In this document: piece after piece, positions 63,232-64,000 of the stretch
Layout: the number at the start of each line of letters is the position of its first letter
Position numbering within the stretch: position 1 is the first letter of the stretch
Assembly (NCBI GenBank): GCA_036785375.1
Contig: JAWMAR010000001.1
Span: 17,608,001-17,672,000, forward strand
Origin: Leucoraja ocellata
Lineage: Eukaryota
DNA: 64,000 nucleotides
Direction of reading: 5' to 3'
Translations under genes and position numbers: made by a program
The notes under the pieces: generated by a model
What the model was told of the DNA's origin: nothing
Databases searched by the model: none
Seen by the model: the letters and a program-made list of their open reading frames with translations, nothing else

Positions 63232-63960
63232 TCAAATTTCCACCATCTGCAGCTTTTGTATTTTCTTCCACTGAAACAAAAAAAAAGGCATGCTGATCTC
63301 AAAAGGCATCCTCAACCACACGATCTGCTGCAGATCATTAGAAACAAACACTCCCTGCCAATCTCCACAATCTCTACAACATAAAAATATACTCTTGGCA
63401 TTTAGCCAGCTGTAGATTTTTAAACTGCTCAGATCTGGCAGAATGTCTGCAATTGTCTTTATCGAATCAATCATTAATGCTTTATTCAGTTTATGTTGAT
63501 GCAAACCGATCTTCAACTTTAGAGGCGCCTACAATCACAATGACCAAGTCCACCATCAGCTTTCATTTTCTCTTTGACAGCTAATCGAACACATCTTGGA
63601 GGGTGTACTGCCATGAAGCTCCAGATGGCATTGTTGCTCCTGATATCTGGCCTTTTTGCAGTAGTCTATACTCACTGCCTGATTGTTAAGAGCGCCATTT
63701 ACTGGGCTGCACGGCTTCCAAGATTAAGCACCCCACTTCTCTTCAAATACCTTTTGATTCTTCAGTTTTTAATTTTATCCCTGCATGTGCCCAGTGGCAC
63801 TACTGTGATACTTTGTTTGCCTCTTCAAGTCCCTATGCACATTTCATAGGAATATTACGTGTTGTATCACTGCCTATTTGGATATTTCTGCATGCACTGC
63901 ATACCTCTTCTTTTTACTTCTTTGTAGTAGTTATCTCTGTTCTGCTCAATTTCCTCTCTT
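63232..63960 (-). mobile_element. Ancient Gypsy RT relic
   Basis: LNKAL...KTIADILPDL..LKIYSWLNAKS...WLRMPFEIS mirrors Gypsy RT motifs; many stops. Confidence 0.6.
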
Positions 63961-64000
63961 CCGGAGTTTGGTGAACATGTGAATAGCAGCAGGAGTAGGC

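Overview
Eukaryotic, repeat-saturated non-genic DNA with one N-gap at 14934-15071. The repeat inventory (HE1/V-SINE-type SINEs, CR1, Rex1/Babar, L2, Neptune-type Penelope elements) points to a cartilaginous fish, probably a skate or ray (inference). I found no host protein-coding gene: every ORF I could assign is transposon-derived and disrupted. Main structures: (1) a class I-like endogenous retrovirus (39376-48087; tRNA-Pro PBS, 4-bp TSD CAGT) with an unusual three-LTR layout and a nested Mag-like Gypsy; (2) a second Mag-like Gypsy (49638-55490, minus) with two nested insertions; (3) a CsRN1-like Gypsy caught in a local tandem duplication (57133-62962); (4) many Penelope pLTR copies carrying minimal hammerhead ribozyme motifs, including fold-back mini-insertions with 13-14 bp TSDs and a hammerhead palindrome inside a MITE; (5) a non-tRNA SINE-like family with a conserved 3' stem-loop; (6) non-autonomous Helitrons, a Tc1 relic and several MITEs. 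Family names come from motif recognition by eye, not database searches. Boundaries without a TSD or TIR are approximate.
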